Notes: generated by a model from the letters alone, not told the origin. Shown: positions 43,897-54,418, counted from the first letter of the stretch. The stretch is DNA of 64,000 nt from an uncultured Chloroflexia bacterium (GCA_963712745.1 CAVQJC010000001.1:416001-480000), one strand, 5' to 3'. Made by a program: numbers and translations.

Positions 43897-45426
43897 TCAT
43901 GCGGCCTGCACGCCATCGAGGCCGAAGAGCCGGAAGATCACCTCGTCCATGGACACCTCCGTGGGGTCCACCCAATCGACGGTGCGTCCCGCATGCATCA
44001 GGTAGACGCGATGCGAAAGGGCCATCACCTCCTCCAGTTCCGAAGAGACGATGACGATGGCGATGCCTTCGTGGGCGAGGCCGACGATGAGCTCGTAGAT
44101 GTTGCGCTTCGCGCCGATGTCGACCCCTCGCGTCGGCTCGTCGAGGAGCAGCACCCGGGGCGTGGCATTGAGCCACTTGGCGAACAGCACCTTCTGCTGG
44201 TTGCCCCCGGAGAAGACGCCGACATCGCCTTCGGTGATGCGCGGCACGATGTCGAGGTCCTCGACGAGCTTGCCTACGCCTGACTTCTCGGCCGAGCGCG
44301 ATACCAGGCCAGCTCGCACGAACTGTCGCAGGTCGGTGAGGGTCACATTGCTGCGCACCGTCATGCCGGCGATGAGACCCTGGCCGCGCCGGTCTTCCGG
44401 GATCATGCCCAGGCCACGCTGGACCGAGCCATACGGCGAGCGCGATGGGTAGGGCTGTCCGGCGAGGTGCACGCTCCCGCCGTCTGCCCGGTCAGCACCG
44501 AAGATCGCCCGCAACGCCTCGGAGCGGCCGCTCCCGACCAGGCCGGCGATGCCGACGATCTCACCGGGCTCGACCTCCAGGCTCACATCGGTCACGGCCA
44601 TGCCCGCAGCGAGGTGTTCCACGCGCAGAGCGGGCGGTTCGGAGGTCGTCTCCGGCACGGGCGCCGTCGGGAAGGTCATTTCCAGCGAGCGGCCGAGCAT
44701 GCCTGAAACGAGGCTCTCCTTGGTCTCATCGGCAGCGGGACCGGTCCTGATGACGCGTCCGTCCCGCATGACGGTGACGGTCTGGCACGTGTCGAGCACC
44801 TCTTCGAGGAAGTGGCTCACGTAGATGACCGTGCGCTGGTCCTCTCGCAGCCAGGCGATGACATCGAAGAGGTGCCGCGATTCATCGATGCTCAACGCCG
44901 AGGTGGGTTCGTCCATGATGATGAGGCGGGCATCGCGAGCGAGCGCGCGCAGGATCTCCACCTTCTGCTGGTCGGCGATGCGCAGATCCCTCACCCGGGC
45001 GCGCCCGTCAAGGCGAAACGATGGCCGCTCGTTGAGCGCCTCGAAGCGCGCCTGGATGGAACCATCGAACAGCCCGAAGCGGTGCTGCTCGATGCCCAGG
45101 AAGACGTTCTGCGCCACGCTCAACTCCGGGACCAGCGAGAGTTCCTGGTGGATCATGGCGATGCCGTTGGCCAGTGCCAGCCGGGGAGACCAGCCACCGA
45201 CGTGGGTCCCGAACGCCGTGAAGTCGCCCTCGTCGCGTTCGTAGATCCCGCCGATGATCTTGCCTAGCGTCGACTTGCCGGCACCATTCTGGCCGACGAG
45301 CGCATGCGCTTCGCCGGCCGCGATGTCCAGATCGATGGCAGCCAGAGCTTGTGTGGCTCCGAAGCGCTTGGAGACGCCTCGGAGCCGTACGGCTGCTTCC
45401 GGCAAGGGCTTAGCCCTGCCACTCAC
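43897..45426 (-). CDS. CUT2-type sugar ABC ATP-binding protein (RbsA-like)
   Basis: Two ATPase domains: GQNGAGKST, MDEPT, SGGNQQK and LDEPTRGVD. Confidence 0.95.
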   Translation of the reverse strand: MSGRAKPLPEAAVRLRGVSKRFGATQALAAIDLDIAAGEAHALVGQNGAGKSTLGKIIGGIYERDEGDFTAFGTHVGGWSPRLALANGIAMIHQELSLVPELSVAQNVFLGIEQHRFGLFDGSIQARFEALNERPSFRLDGRARVRDLRIADQQKVEILRALARDARLIIMDEPTSALSIDESRHLFDVIAWLREDQRTVIYVSHFLEEVLDTCQTVTVMRDGRVIRTGPAADETKESLVSGMLGRSLEMTFPTAPVPETTSEPPALRVEHLAAGMAVTDVSLEVEPGEIVGIAGLVGSGRSEALRAIFGADRADGGSVHLAGQPYPSRSPYGSVQRGLGMIPEDRRGQGLIAGMTVRSNVTLTDLRQFVRAGLVSRSAEKSGVGKLVEDLDIVPRITEGDVGVFSGGNQQKVLFAKWLNATPRVLLLDEPTRGVDIGAKRNIYELIVGLAHEGIAIVIVSSELEEVMALSHRVYLMHAGRTVDWVDPTEVSMDEVIFRLFGLDGVQAA

Positions 45427-46417
45427 CCATGAAGTCAGGGTTATCGATCAGGTCCTGCGTGGTCACGATCGGTCCGATCTCGACGAAGGTGTCCATGTTG
45501 ATGACGGCCTCGTGGTCCTCGCCTGCGAGATCAGCCAGCAGGAGCTTGGTCGCCTCGGCACCCATGGTCTTGGGGTAGTTGGCGTAGGTCGCATCCCAGC
45601 GGCCGGCCCGGATCGCGTCGATGGCTTCCTGCGTCGCGCCGCCACCGATGAGGAACATGGACTCCAGGTCCAGACCTGCGTCGATGATGGCGATCTCCGC
45701 ACCCGAGAGGTGCTGGTCGGCGTTGGAGAGGACCGCGTCGACCTGCGGGTTCGACTGCAGGATGTCCTGCATCACGGTCAGCGATGCATCGCGGTCGTAG
45801 TTGCCTTCGCCGGTCGCGACGACAACGATGTTGTCGTGCTCGGCGAGCACGCTGGTGAAGGCTTCATAGCGCACGTTGTCGAAGGGGAACTGCAGCTGGC
45901 CGATGAGGATGACCACGTTGCAGGGGTCCTTGTCGGCGCAGTACTCGACGACCGCGTCGGCCTCGAGCTTGGCGCCATCAGCCGGCGGGCCGGCCACGGT
46001 GCCGACGATGCCATCGACCTGCGGCTCCAGCGTGGTCAGATCCGGACCGATCGGGAAGAGCGTCGTGACGGTGGGGATGCCGCCGTTGTTGAAAGCGTCG
46101 GCGACCGCCGAGCCGATGCCCACGGTGTCGTTCGCGAGCAACACGAAACCATCGTAGTTACCCGACGCGACGGCGTCCTCGATCTGGGCCAGCTGCACCT
46201 CGGCGCTGAACTGCCCATCGAATAGCTCGGCCTCGACGCCCATCTCGGCGGCAACTTCTTGCACGCCTTCCCAGATCGCCTGGTTGTAGCCGTTCTGACT
46301 GGACGAGGCGAAGAATGCGATGCGTGTCGCATCGTCCTGTGCGAAGGCGCCAGCGGCGCTGGTGACGGCCAAGGCCGCCGCCAACATGAGCCCCGTGCCG
46401 AGCTTGAATGTGCGCAT
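45410..46417 (-). CDS. CUT2-type sugar ABC substrate-binding protein (RbsB-like)
   Basis: GAGGAGG RBS and signal peptide MRTFKLG...AFAQ; periplasmic binding type 1 pattern. Confidence 0.88.
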   Translation of the reverse strand: MRTFKLGTGLMLAAALAVTSAAGAFAQDDATRIAFFASSSQNGYNQAIWEGVQEVAAEMGVEAELFDGQFSAEVQLAQIEDAVASGNYDGFVLLANDTVGIGSAVADAFNNGGIPTVTTLFPIGPDLTTLEPQVDGIVGTVAGPPADGAKLEADAVVEYCADKDPCNVVILIGQLQFPFDNVRYEAFTSVLAEHDNIVVVATGEGNYDRDASLTVMQDILQSNPQVDAVLSNADQHLSGAEIAIIDAGLDLESMFLIGGGATQEAIDAIRAGRWDATYANYPKTMGAEATKLLLADLAGEDHEAVINMDTFVEIGPIVTTQDLIDNPDFMGEWQG

Positions 46418-46588
46418 ATCCAAATGCCTCCTCAGGCTATCGAAGTCTGGCGGCTGCCCCTCCCAGTCGAGCTGATTGACCCGACAAGCCGCGTGCGAGG
46501 CATAGTCGCACGAACTGACAAACGATTCCAGCCAAGAACAGCGACGAAGCGGCACGGAGAGGTGACGAATTGCCAGGCGCCTGCGCAC

Positions 46589-47419
46589 TCAGGTCGTCAG
46601 CAGGATGAGCACGACGAAGACGATGGCCGCGATGAGGCGATAGGCGATGAAGATGCCGGTACTGTGGGTGCGCAGGTAACGCAGCAGAAAGCCGATGGCG
46701 ATCCAGCCTGAGACTGCCGCAGCGATGACACCGGCCGCGAGGACCGCCACGTCCACGTCACCGATCGAGCCATCCACGAAATGGCGCGCCTTCCAGAGTC
46801 CCGCGCCCGCGATGATGGGGATGCCCATGAGGAAGGCGAAGCGCGCTGCGGCTTCCCGCTCGAGGCCACGGAAGAGGCCGGCCGCGAGGGTGATGCCCGA
46901 ACGGCTGATGCCGGGAAACAGTGCCAGCGCCTGGGCCGTGCCGATGACCGCGGCATCAGCGAAGCTGCTCTGATCGAGGTTCCTGTCGCGCGTGCCGAAA
47001 CGCTCAGCCAGCCACAGGATGGCCGCCCCGACGACCAGCATCAACGGGATCACGATGAGCGACTCGCGGAAGAACGAATCGAAGAAGTCCTCCAACAGGA
47101 GTCCCAGCAGCGACGCCGGGATGATGGTGACGAGCAATACCCAGGCGAGCTTGCGCTTGGGATCGCCAGCGAGGCTGCGCTCACGGATCGAGGCCCAACC
47201 GGCCCCGATCAACTCGAGGGCGTCGCGCCAGAAGTAGGCCAATAGCGCAGCGAGCGTGCCCATGTGCAGCATCACCACGAACTCGGCGCTATTGATGAGC
47301 GCGTCATCCCAGCCCAGGACCTCGGGCAGCAGGATGAGATGCGCCGACGACGAGATAGGCAGGAACTCGGTCAGTCCCTGCACGATCCCGATGATGATGG
47401 CCTCGATGATCGGGTCCAA
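46589..47419 (-). CDS. uppP: undecaprenyl-diphosphate phosphatase
   Basis: Motifs QGLTEFLPISSSAH and PGISRSG. Confidence 0.95.
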   Translation of the reverse strand: MDPIIEAIIIGIVQGLTEFLPISSSAHLILLPEVLGWDDALINSAEFVVMLHMGTLAALLAYFWRDALELIGAGWASIRERSLAGDPKRKLAWVLLVTIIPASLLGLLLEDFFDSFFRESLIVIPLMLVVGAAILWLAERFGTRDRNLDQSSFADAAVIGTAQALALFPGISRSGITLAAGLFRGLEREAAARFAFLMGIPIIAGAGLWKARHFVDGSIGDVDVAVLAAGVIAAAVSGWIAIGFLLRYLRTHSTGIFIAYRLIAAIVFVVLILLTT

Positions 47420-47477
47420 GTAGACCTCCGTTGGGCCGGTCGGTCAGCACCGGCCATACGGAGGCTCGGACGCTGGT

Positions 47478-49684
47478 CTAGCGGATGAAGAGTGGCGCGA
47501 ATACGAGCGCCAGTGTCGCGAGCAGCTTCACCAGCACGTGCAACGAAGGACCGGCGGTGTCCTTGAACGGATCACCCACGGTATCCCCGACGACCGCGGC
47601 GGCATGAGCATCGGAGCCTTTGCCAAGGACGTTGCCGTCGTCATCGGTGAGGTTACCTGCTTCGATGTATTTCTTCGCGTTGTCCCACGCGCCGCCGCTG
47701 TTGTTGAGGTACGTGGCCGTGAGCACGCCCACGATGGTGCCGACCATGAGCAGGCCAGCCACAGCCTCGTAGCCCAGGATGAGTCCCACGGCGAGTGGCG
47801 TGGCGACCGCTACGACCCCGGGCGGGATCATCTGGCGCAGTGCCGACTTGGTCGTGATGTCAACCACGCGCGAGTAGTCGGGTCGCTGGCTGTAGTCCAT
47901 GATCCCAGGCATCTCGCGGAACTGGCGGCGCACCTCCACGATGATGTCTGCGGCAGCCGTGCCCACGGCCCGGATGGCCAGCGCACTGAAGACGTACACC
48001 AGCATGGCCGCGATGAAGGCGGCCACGAAGACCGAGACGTTGGCGAGGTTGACCGAGTCCATCAAGGGCAGGCCGCGCGCGAAGAGCCCGATATTGACCT
48101 TGTCGATATAGGCCTGGAAGAGCAGGAACGCCGCAAGGCTGGCCGAGGCGATGGCGAAGCCCTTGGTGAGCGCCTTGGTGGTATTACCGACAGCATCGAG
48201 CTTGTCGGTGATCTCGCGCGCGGAGCCCTCGGCCTTGGAGAACTCGGCGATGCCTCCAGCGTTGTCCGTGATCGGCCCGAACGTGTCCATGGCCAGGATG
48301 TAGGCAGTGGTCATGAGCATGCCCATGGTCGCGACAGCGGTACCGAAGACGCCGCCCACGTTGGTGCCATCCTCCCGCACGAGACCAGCCTGTTCGCCCA
48401 GCCAGAAGCTGATCAGCAGCGCAGTGCCGATGACGATGGCAGTCACGAAGGTGGTCTCGAAGCCCACCGCGGTACCGGCGATGATATTGGTCGCTGGGCC
48501 CGTCTTGGAGGCTTCGGCGATGTCCTTGACGGGACGCCACGAACCGGCGGTATAGAACTGCGTGATGTAGACGAAGGCGACGCTGGTCGCGAGGCCGACG
48601 ACGCCGGCGAGGAAGAACCACACCCAGGTGGGGATGTCGTAGTTGCCAGTGTGCACGCCGGTGTTGAGCATCACGAAGCTGACGATGAGGATGCCGACCA
48701 CCGAGAGCAGGGTCGTGGCCCAATAGCCTCGGTTGAGGATGTGCATGGGGTCCTCGTCCTCGCTGCCACGCACGAAGTACATCGCCGCGATCGTGGCCAG
48801 CAAGCCGAACGCTCGCACCACGAGCGGGAAGAAGATCCAGGCTTCGGGGTTGGGCCAGCCTGCGGCTGCGGCGATGAGGTAGATCGCCGCGCCCAGGATC
48901 ATCGCGCCGATGTTCTCGGCCGCGGTCGATTCGAAGAGGTCGGCGCCGCGGCCAGCGCAGTCGCCGACGTTGTCGCCCACGAGGTCGGCGATGACGGCCG
49001 CATTGCGTGGGTCGTCCTCAGGGATGCCCTTCTCGACCTTGCCTACGAGGTCGGCGCCGACGTCAGCGGCCTTGGTGTAGATGCCACCGCCAAGTTGGGC
49101 GAAGAGCGCTACGAATGAGGCTCCGAAGCCAAAGCCCACGATGAGGAACGGCGCGATGGCGTAGGTGACCTCGCCGATGATGGCCTCATACGCGGTGAAG
49201 ATGCCCCACACGCCGAGCAGCGAGAGCGCGACCACGAGGAAGCCGGATACAGCGCCGCCGCGCATGGCGACCTGGACGGCCTCGACGAGGCTGTGTCGCG
49301 CTGCTGCCGCGGTGGGTACGTTGGCGCGAACGCTGACCCACATGCCGATGATGCCCGAAGCCATCGAGGCGCGGCACCGACGAGGAAAGCGACGCCGGTC
49401 ATGATGCCGAGCTCGAGCCCGAAGATGGACGTCTCGGCGACTTCCTCGGTCTCGACGAGGGTGATGATGGCGGCCACCACGAAGGTGCCCACGATCGCGA
49501 GGATGGCGATGGTCGAGTACTGCCGCTTGATGAAGGCGTTGGCGCCTTCGAGGATGGTGCCGCCAACGTCCTGCATCGCCTGCGGCCCCTTGTCGCGCGA
49601 GAGCACGTCACGAGCCAGCCAGATGGCGAAGATGATCGCCGCGATACCGGCGATGGGGATGATCCAATAGGTCGGGTTGGACAC
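47478..49684 (-). CDS. hppA: membrane-integral cation-translocating pyrophosphatase, K+-independent type (one frameshift at ~49370)
   Basis: Motifs GGGIYTKAADVGADLVGKVE, DNVGDCAG, GNTTKA, GGAWDNAKK and GDTVGDPFKDT. Confidence 0.93.
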
Positions 49685-49908
49685 GGCCGCGCAGGCCCCC
49701 TTCATGGAGGCGTCTCGCGCGTGGATGCACGACTAATTGGCGCATGTGCCCGGGACCGCCTCATTGGCGTAGTTCGGCGATAGTAGGTGCCACGCACCTC
49801 GGGTCTGCCTCAATTTTGCAGACCCGGCAGTTGCCGTCGCGGGCTGAGCGGCAGCGATCGGTCGGGCCATCGGTCATCACTGGGTGGTCCACCGGGAGCA
49901 GGCAGTGG

Positions 49909-50001
49909 GCACCACCGTGGTCGGCGGGAGTCTCTCTTGACTCAGCTCGCACCACCGTGGGCGGCGGGAGTCGGCACTGACTTGGCGAGCACCAGCGTGG
50001 G
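49909..50001. repeat. 40-bp period intergenic tandem repeat (2 full copies plus 1 partial; a degenerate copy precedes them)
   Basis: GCACCA(C/G)CGTGG occurs at 49909, 49949 and 49989. Units 1 and 2 share 23 of the first 24 nt. Confidence 0.75.
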
Positions 50002-50217
50002 TCGTTTGGTGCGGCCCACGACTGAAATGGCACGACACTTGGACGGTTCGATGCTTCCAAGCCTGAGATGGCCGGGCGCCGGCGCGATCCAGGCACCTTG
50101 GGCATCGCCTGGATCGACGGCGTTGCTACCTGAGTCTTGTGCGACTAGCGCTTGGTTCCGACGCGGATCCTATGGAGCGACAGCGCATCACCCGGCGCCG
50201 GGCGCGGTCGGTGATGT

Positions 50218-50675
50218 CTAGTCCTCGATGATCCAGGCGTCGACGCTGCGGCTGTAGTCGAGGAGCTCCGCCATCAGCGAACCAGAGGGCCAGCTCCTGG
50301 GCGGCGTTCTCCGGGCTATCGGAGGCGTGCACCAGGTTCATGCCGGTCTCAAGCGCGAGATCGCCGCGGATCGATGCCGCCGGCGGCCTCATGGGGTCGC
50401 GTCGCACCGTTGACGGAGCGACACACCGCGATGGCATTGGTACCTTCCACGGCCATGGCCACGAGCGGTGACGAGATGATGAACTCGACGAGGCCGCCGA
50501 AGAATGGCTTGTCGGCGTGCACGGCGTAGTGCGTTTCGGCCAGCTCGCGGTCGACCTGGACCAGCTTGAGGCCGACGATACGCAGGCCACGCTGCTCATA
50601 GCGGTCGATGATGCGGCCGATGAGCTGGCGCTGGACGCCGTCGGGCTTGATCAGGACAAGGGTGCGTTCGCTCAT
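50218..50675 (-). CDS. ndk: nucleoside diphosphate kinase (frameshifted)
   Basis: Motifs [18 protein letters not shown] and NLVHASDS. Confidence 0.95.
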
Positions 50676-52487
50676 GGGGTTCCTTCCGGAGTCGACCCAG
50701 GTACCAGGGCCTGATGGGCTAGTTGGTAGGCCGCTGCCGCCTCGGCTTCGCGACCGAGAAGACGGTACGCATCACCGCGCACGAGGTGGATGGTGGCGAG
50801 ACCAGCGCTGCCGGATTGGCGCTGGCCACGGCCTTGTCGGCGGCTGACAGGATGATAGGCGCGAGCGCCGGATCCAGTCGCAACAGCACGCCGAGACGCT
50901 CGCTGGCGGCGACGACATGCCCTGCGCGACAGCACGGTCGACCTGCTCGAGCTCAAGCCCGGCGAGTCTGCCGCTCATCACGATGTCTGTCGTCGAGGTC
51001 GGCCCAGCGGGTCGCTGGATCGCACCGCGGCCTGACGGCATCGTCGCTGCGGCCGCTCGGTCGTCGTAGCTCTTCGGGAGCCGGCTTCTGCAAGTCTGCT
51101 GCGACCCATGTCTGCGGTGTCGGCGCGACGACTTCGCTGCCGCCGACGAGCAGGCCCCAGCGCCCCGGGTCATTGGCCCCGATAGTCCATCCAGCCCGCG
51201 TCGGGTTCTGGCCAGATCGGGCTTCGCGGCTGACCGGCGAAGAGGATGTCGCCTGCACCCCCGATACGATCGAGCACGATGCCGGCCCGGTGACTGGCCG
51301 CCTGACGCTCACATCGCCGACACGATCGAGGTCCTCAGCCACGATCAGCAGGGCCAGCGGTTCGTCACCGCCTGAGGCTTCGTGCGCCCGGGCCGCCTCC
51401 CCCGCACCTTCGGTGTCGCCACTTCGCCAACGCACCTCTGCCAGGTCGGCCATGGCTTCGGCATCGAGCGTGCCGGCTCCGGCCATCTGCTCCAGTGCGG
51501 CACGAGCGAGCGGCAGGAGCCCGCCACGTAGATGCACCCGCGCGAGACGAGCACCACTGGTGCGCTCGAGTGCCGCGGCCTGATCGTCGGTCGGACCCGG
51601 CAACGGTTCGACCTTGATGCGCGCCACGGCCCTGGACGACCGCACCGGAGTCGGCGCGGGCCGGGGCGCGCCGCAGCGGACCCGGGCACACCTTCCGGAG
51701 GCATCCGGCCGGGCACCATGGGCACGGCCCCTGGAGCTGCCGCTGGTCCGGGCCGACGGAGACGGACGGGCCCTGAGTGGGACCGGGCGGCGCATCGCGC
51801 CGGGCGGTGGCATGGCGCCGGGTGGTGGCATGGCGCCGGGCGGTGGCATCGCGCCGGGCGGTGGTGGCATGGCGCCGGGGGCTGGTGGCATGGCGCCGGG
51901 GGCTGGTGGCATGGCGCCGGGCGGCGGTGGCATCGGCGCCGGGGGGTGGCATGCGCGCCGGGGGGTGGTGGCATGGCGCCGGGCGGTGGTGGCATGGCGC
52001 CGGGTGGTGGCGGCATCGGCGCCGGGTGGCAGCTGGCCTGGCTGCGACGGCCGGGGGGGCGGCAGGGCGCCGGAGGCGGCACCGGTCCGGGTGGCGGTGG
52101 CATGGCGCCGGGGGGTGGCTGGCCCGGCATGCGCCGGGGCGGTGGCATCCGTGGTGGCATGCGCCGGGTGGTGGCGGCATCGGGTCCGAGCGTTTGAGGC
52201 GGCCCCATAGGATGCGAAGGTGGGATCGGGGGTACGCCCAGATCAGGGCCACTGAGCGTCGAGAGCGACTGGCCTTGCGGTGCCGCCTCGGGCACTTCGA
52301 GGCTTGATCGGACGTGTCGGCGTGGCGGGACGTGTCGGGCTGCTCGGACGTTTCGATATCGATCACATCGACGCGCTGGCGCCTCAGCCTGGACCGTCGG
52401 CGCTGGCCGCTTCCCCGTCGGCGGCAATCGCCTCGTGGTGGGCGGCTGGATCGCCTCGTCGTCGGCGGGTCGTTCCTGTTCGCTCAT
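50672..52487 (-). CDS. hypothetical protein with a polyproline repeat region and a helical TPR-like C-terminal half (frameshifted)
   Basis: Overlaps the M16 gene stop and the ndk start. PPPPGAM repeats, then LARVHLRGGLLPLARAALE, LAEVRWRSGD and HLVRGDAYRLLGREAEAAAAYQ. Confidence 0.6.
51792..52180 (-). repeat. coding tandem repeat of 18-21 nt units encoding (P)PPPGAM
   Basis: About 12 contiguous GGCATGGCGCCGGG(C/T)GGT-type units at 51792-52030, plus several degenerate ones. Confidence 0.9.
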
Positions 52488-53746
52488 GGCAATCGCAAGG
52501 CCTTGTCGAGTCCGCGCGAAGCCACATCGCTCCCGATGACTGCGGCACACAGCGATTCGTCAGTGAATAGTCGCCCGGCAAGTGCGTGTATGTCGTCTGC
52601 CGTGACAGCCCGGAGCGCTTCGATCACTTCTTCTGCGGTCATCACACGCTCGTGCAGTGCTTCCTGCGTCCCCAGGAACGTCGCCATCGCGCGAGACTCC
52701 TCCAATCGCAGTTCAAGGCGGCCCAGCGTGTAGTTGCGAGCCCGCTCGAGCTCCGCCGGCGTGACGATCTCATCACGCAACTTCGAGAACTCCGCCAGGA
52801 CTGCCTCCATCGCCGGCTTGACATCATCGGCATCTACGCCCATGTACACCTGCAGGGTGCCGCAATCAGCGTAGTCCGTCTGGAATGAATGCACGTCGTA
52901 GCAGAGACCCTCGTCCTCGCGGATCTTGAGGAACAATCGCGAAGCGGCCCCATCACCCAGCACCGTATTGAGCAGGTCGAGCGTCCACTGGTCGCGATGA
53001 TCACGCGGCAGTGCCGCGATGCCCACGCATACGTGAGCCTGTGATGTGTCGCGCTGTGCGAGCCGAAGTCGCTCCAGGGGCACGCTGGGAGCCGGCACAT
53101 ACGCCTGGGCACGGCCGCTGCCTCGCCCGAAGAAACGCTCTACCAGGGCTACCGCATCGGCATGGCTGATATCGCCGGCCATGGCCACGACCATATTCGA
53201 GGGGGCATAGCCAGCCCCCCAGAACTCGCGGATGTCGTCGTCGGTCAGCGAGCGCACGGTCTCTTCGTCCCCAGCGATCTCCCAGCCCATCGGCGTATCA
53301 CCAAAATAGGCCTCATCCCAGATGTTGAAGATGAACTGAGCGGGGTCGTCGCGGAACGAGTGGATCTCGTCGATGATGATCTCGCGCTCGTGGGCGATGT
53401 CCTCCGAACGCAGCAGCGGCCGCAAGGTCAACTCCGCGAGCACATGCACCGCTTGCTCTGCTTCGCGGATGGGTAGTCGGGCCCAGTAGGTCGTCGTCTC
53501 GCGGTCGGTCGCGGCGTTTGACGAGCCGCCCACGCCTTCGATGGCTTCGGAGATGAGGCGCGTAGTGGCCAATGCCTGGGTGCCCTTGAACGTGATGTGC
53601 TCCATGAAGTGGGCCAGTCCGGCCTTCTCGCGCACCTCCTCGCGAGACCCGACCATCACATAGACAGCCACCGACAGTGAACGCGTGCCGGGCAGGCGGG
53701 CGGAGATGACGCGCGGCCCCCCGGGCAGCGCGGTACGTTCGAACAT
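52484..53746 (-). CDS. M16 family (pitrilysin-like) zinc peptidase
   Basis: HXXEH motif AHFMEHITFKGT, NAATDRE and SRLFLKIREDEGLCY. Confidence 0.93.
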   Translation of the reverse strand: MFERTALPGGPRVISARLPGTRSLSVAVYVMVGSREEVREKAGLAHFMEHITFKGTQALATTRLISEAIEGVGGSSNAATDRETTTYWARLPIREAEQAVHVLAELTLRPLLRSEDIAHEREIIIDEIHSFRDDPAQFIFNIWDEAYFGDTPMGWEIAGDEETVRSLTDDDIREFWGAGYAPSNMVVAMAGDISHADAVALVERFFGRGSGRAQAYVPAPSVPLERLRLAQRDTSQAHVCVGIAALPRDHRDQWTLDLLNTVLGDGAASRLFLKIREDEGLCYDVHSFQTDYADCGTLQVYMGVDADDVKPAMEAVLAEFSKLRDEIVTPAELERARNYTLGRLELRLEESRAMATFLGTQEALHERVMTAEEVIEALRAVTADDIHALAGRLFTDESLCAAVIGSDVASRGLDKALRLP

Positions 53747-53806
53747 GGATTGGCCATGCTACACGGGGTCGGCCTCAGACCTGCTGCGCCCGTGACGAGA
53801 CCCGGC

Positions 53807-54304
53807 TCAGCCCTCGGAGGGGGGCTCTCCGGTGGGCGGCTCGCTGGGGGGCGGCACGTCGCGGTCGGGCGACTGATAGTCAGTGATATCGAAGCTGCCC
53901 AACTCCATCTGGATGTAGCCAGGCGCGGATTGAAAGGGCAACGGTTCCTGCACCGCATCGCCGTCCTCGCCAGGCGCAGATGGCACGAACTCGAGCACCA
54001 CGCGCTCATCACTCTGGACCAGGATGTAGGTGATGAGCTGATCAGGCCGCGTCTCGAACTCGAGGTGTTCCCAGGAGGCGACGCTCAGACAGATCGAGAG
54101 GGGCGTGAAGAAAGAGGCCACGTCTGGACGGTCGGCCACGATGCGCTCGACCCAGCCGGTGCCGTGTGCGACGACCTTGCCAGCGCGCAGATAGCGATAT
54201 GCCACGGTCTGGCGCAGCAGGGGGCGGAGTAGGTGATAGATGTCGACGGGGTTCGAGACAAGGCCACTGTTGACGAAGAACTTGGCCGGTGGCTCGCTCG
54301 ACAC
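53807..54304 (-). CDS. hypothetical protein (165 aa, acidic Pro-rich tail)
   Basis: AGGAGG RBS before GTG, intact ORF and coding-like composition. Confidence 0.6.
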   Translation of the reverse strand: MSSEPPAKFFVNSGLVSNPVDIYHLLRPLLRQTVAYRYLRAGKVVAHGTGWVERIVADRPDVASFFTPLSICLSVASWEHLEFETRPDQLITYILVQSDERVVLEFVPSAPGEDGDAVQEPLPFQSAPGYIQMELGSFDITDYQSPDRDVPPPSEPPTGEPPSEG

Positions 54305-54418
54305 GCACCCCTCCTGACGATGCAGCCCGCGCCCGTTCGGACCGAGATGGACGACTGTCCGATGGTATCGCAGGCCCATGGTCTGGGTGAGGCGAGGTTG
54401 CAGGCCTATCATCGGGGC

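Noticed and set aside
49840-49870. Na+-riboswitch-like segment (GGCTGAG...GTCGGGCC) near hppA
   Set aside because: It lies on the strand opposite to hppA transcription and the resemblance is from memory only. An Rfam scan would be needed.
49909-50028. Mini-CRISPR array
   Set aside because: The period is 40 bp with only ~16 partly conserved variable bases, there are fewer than three full units, and no cas genes are present.
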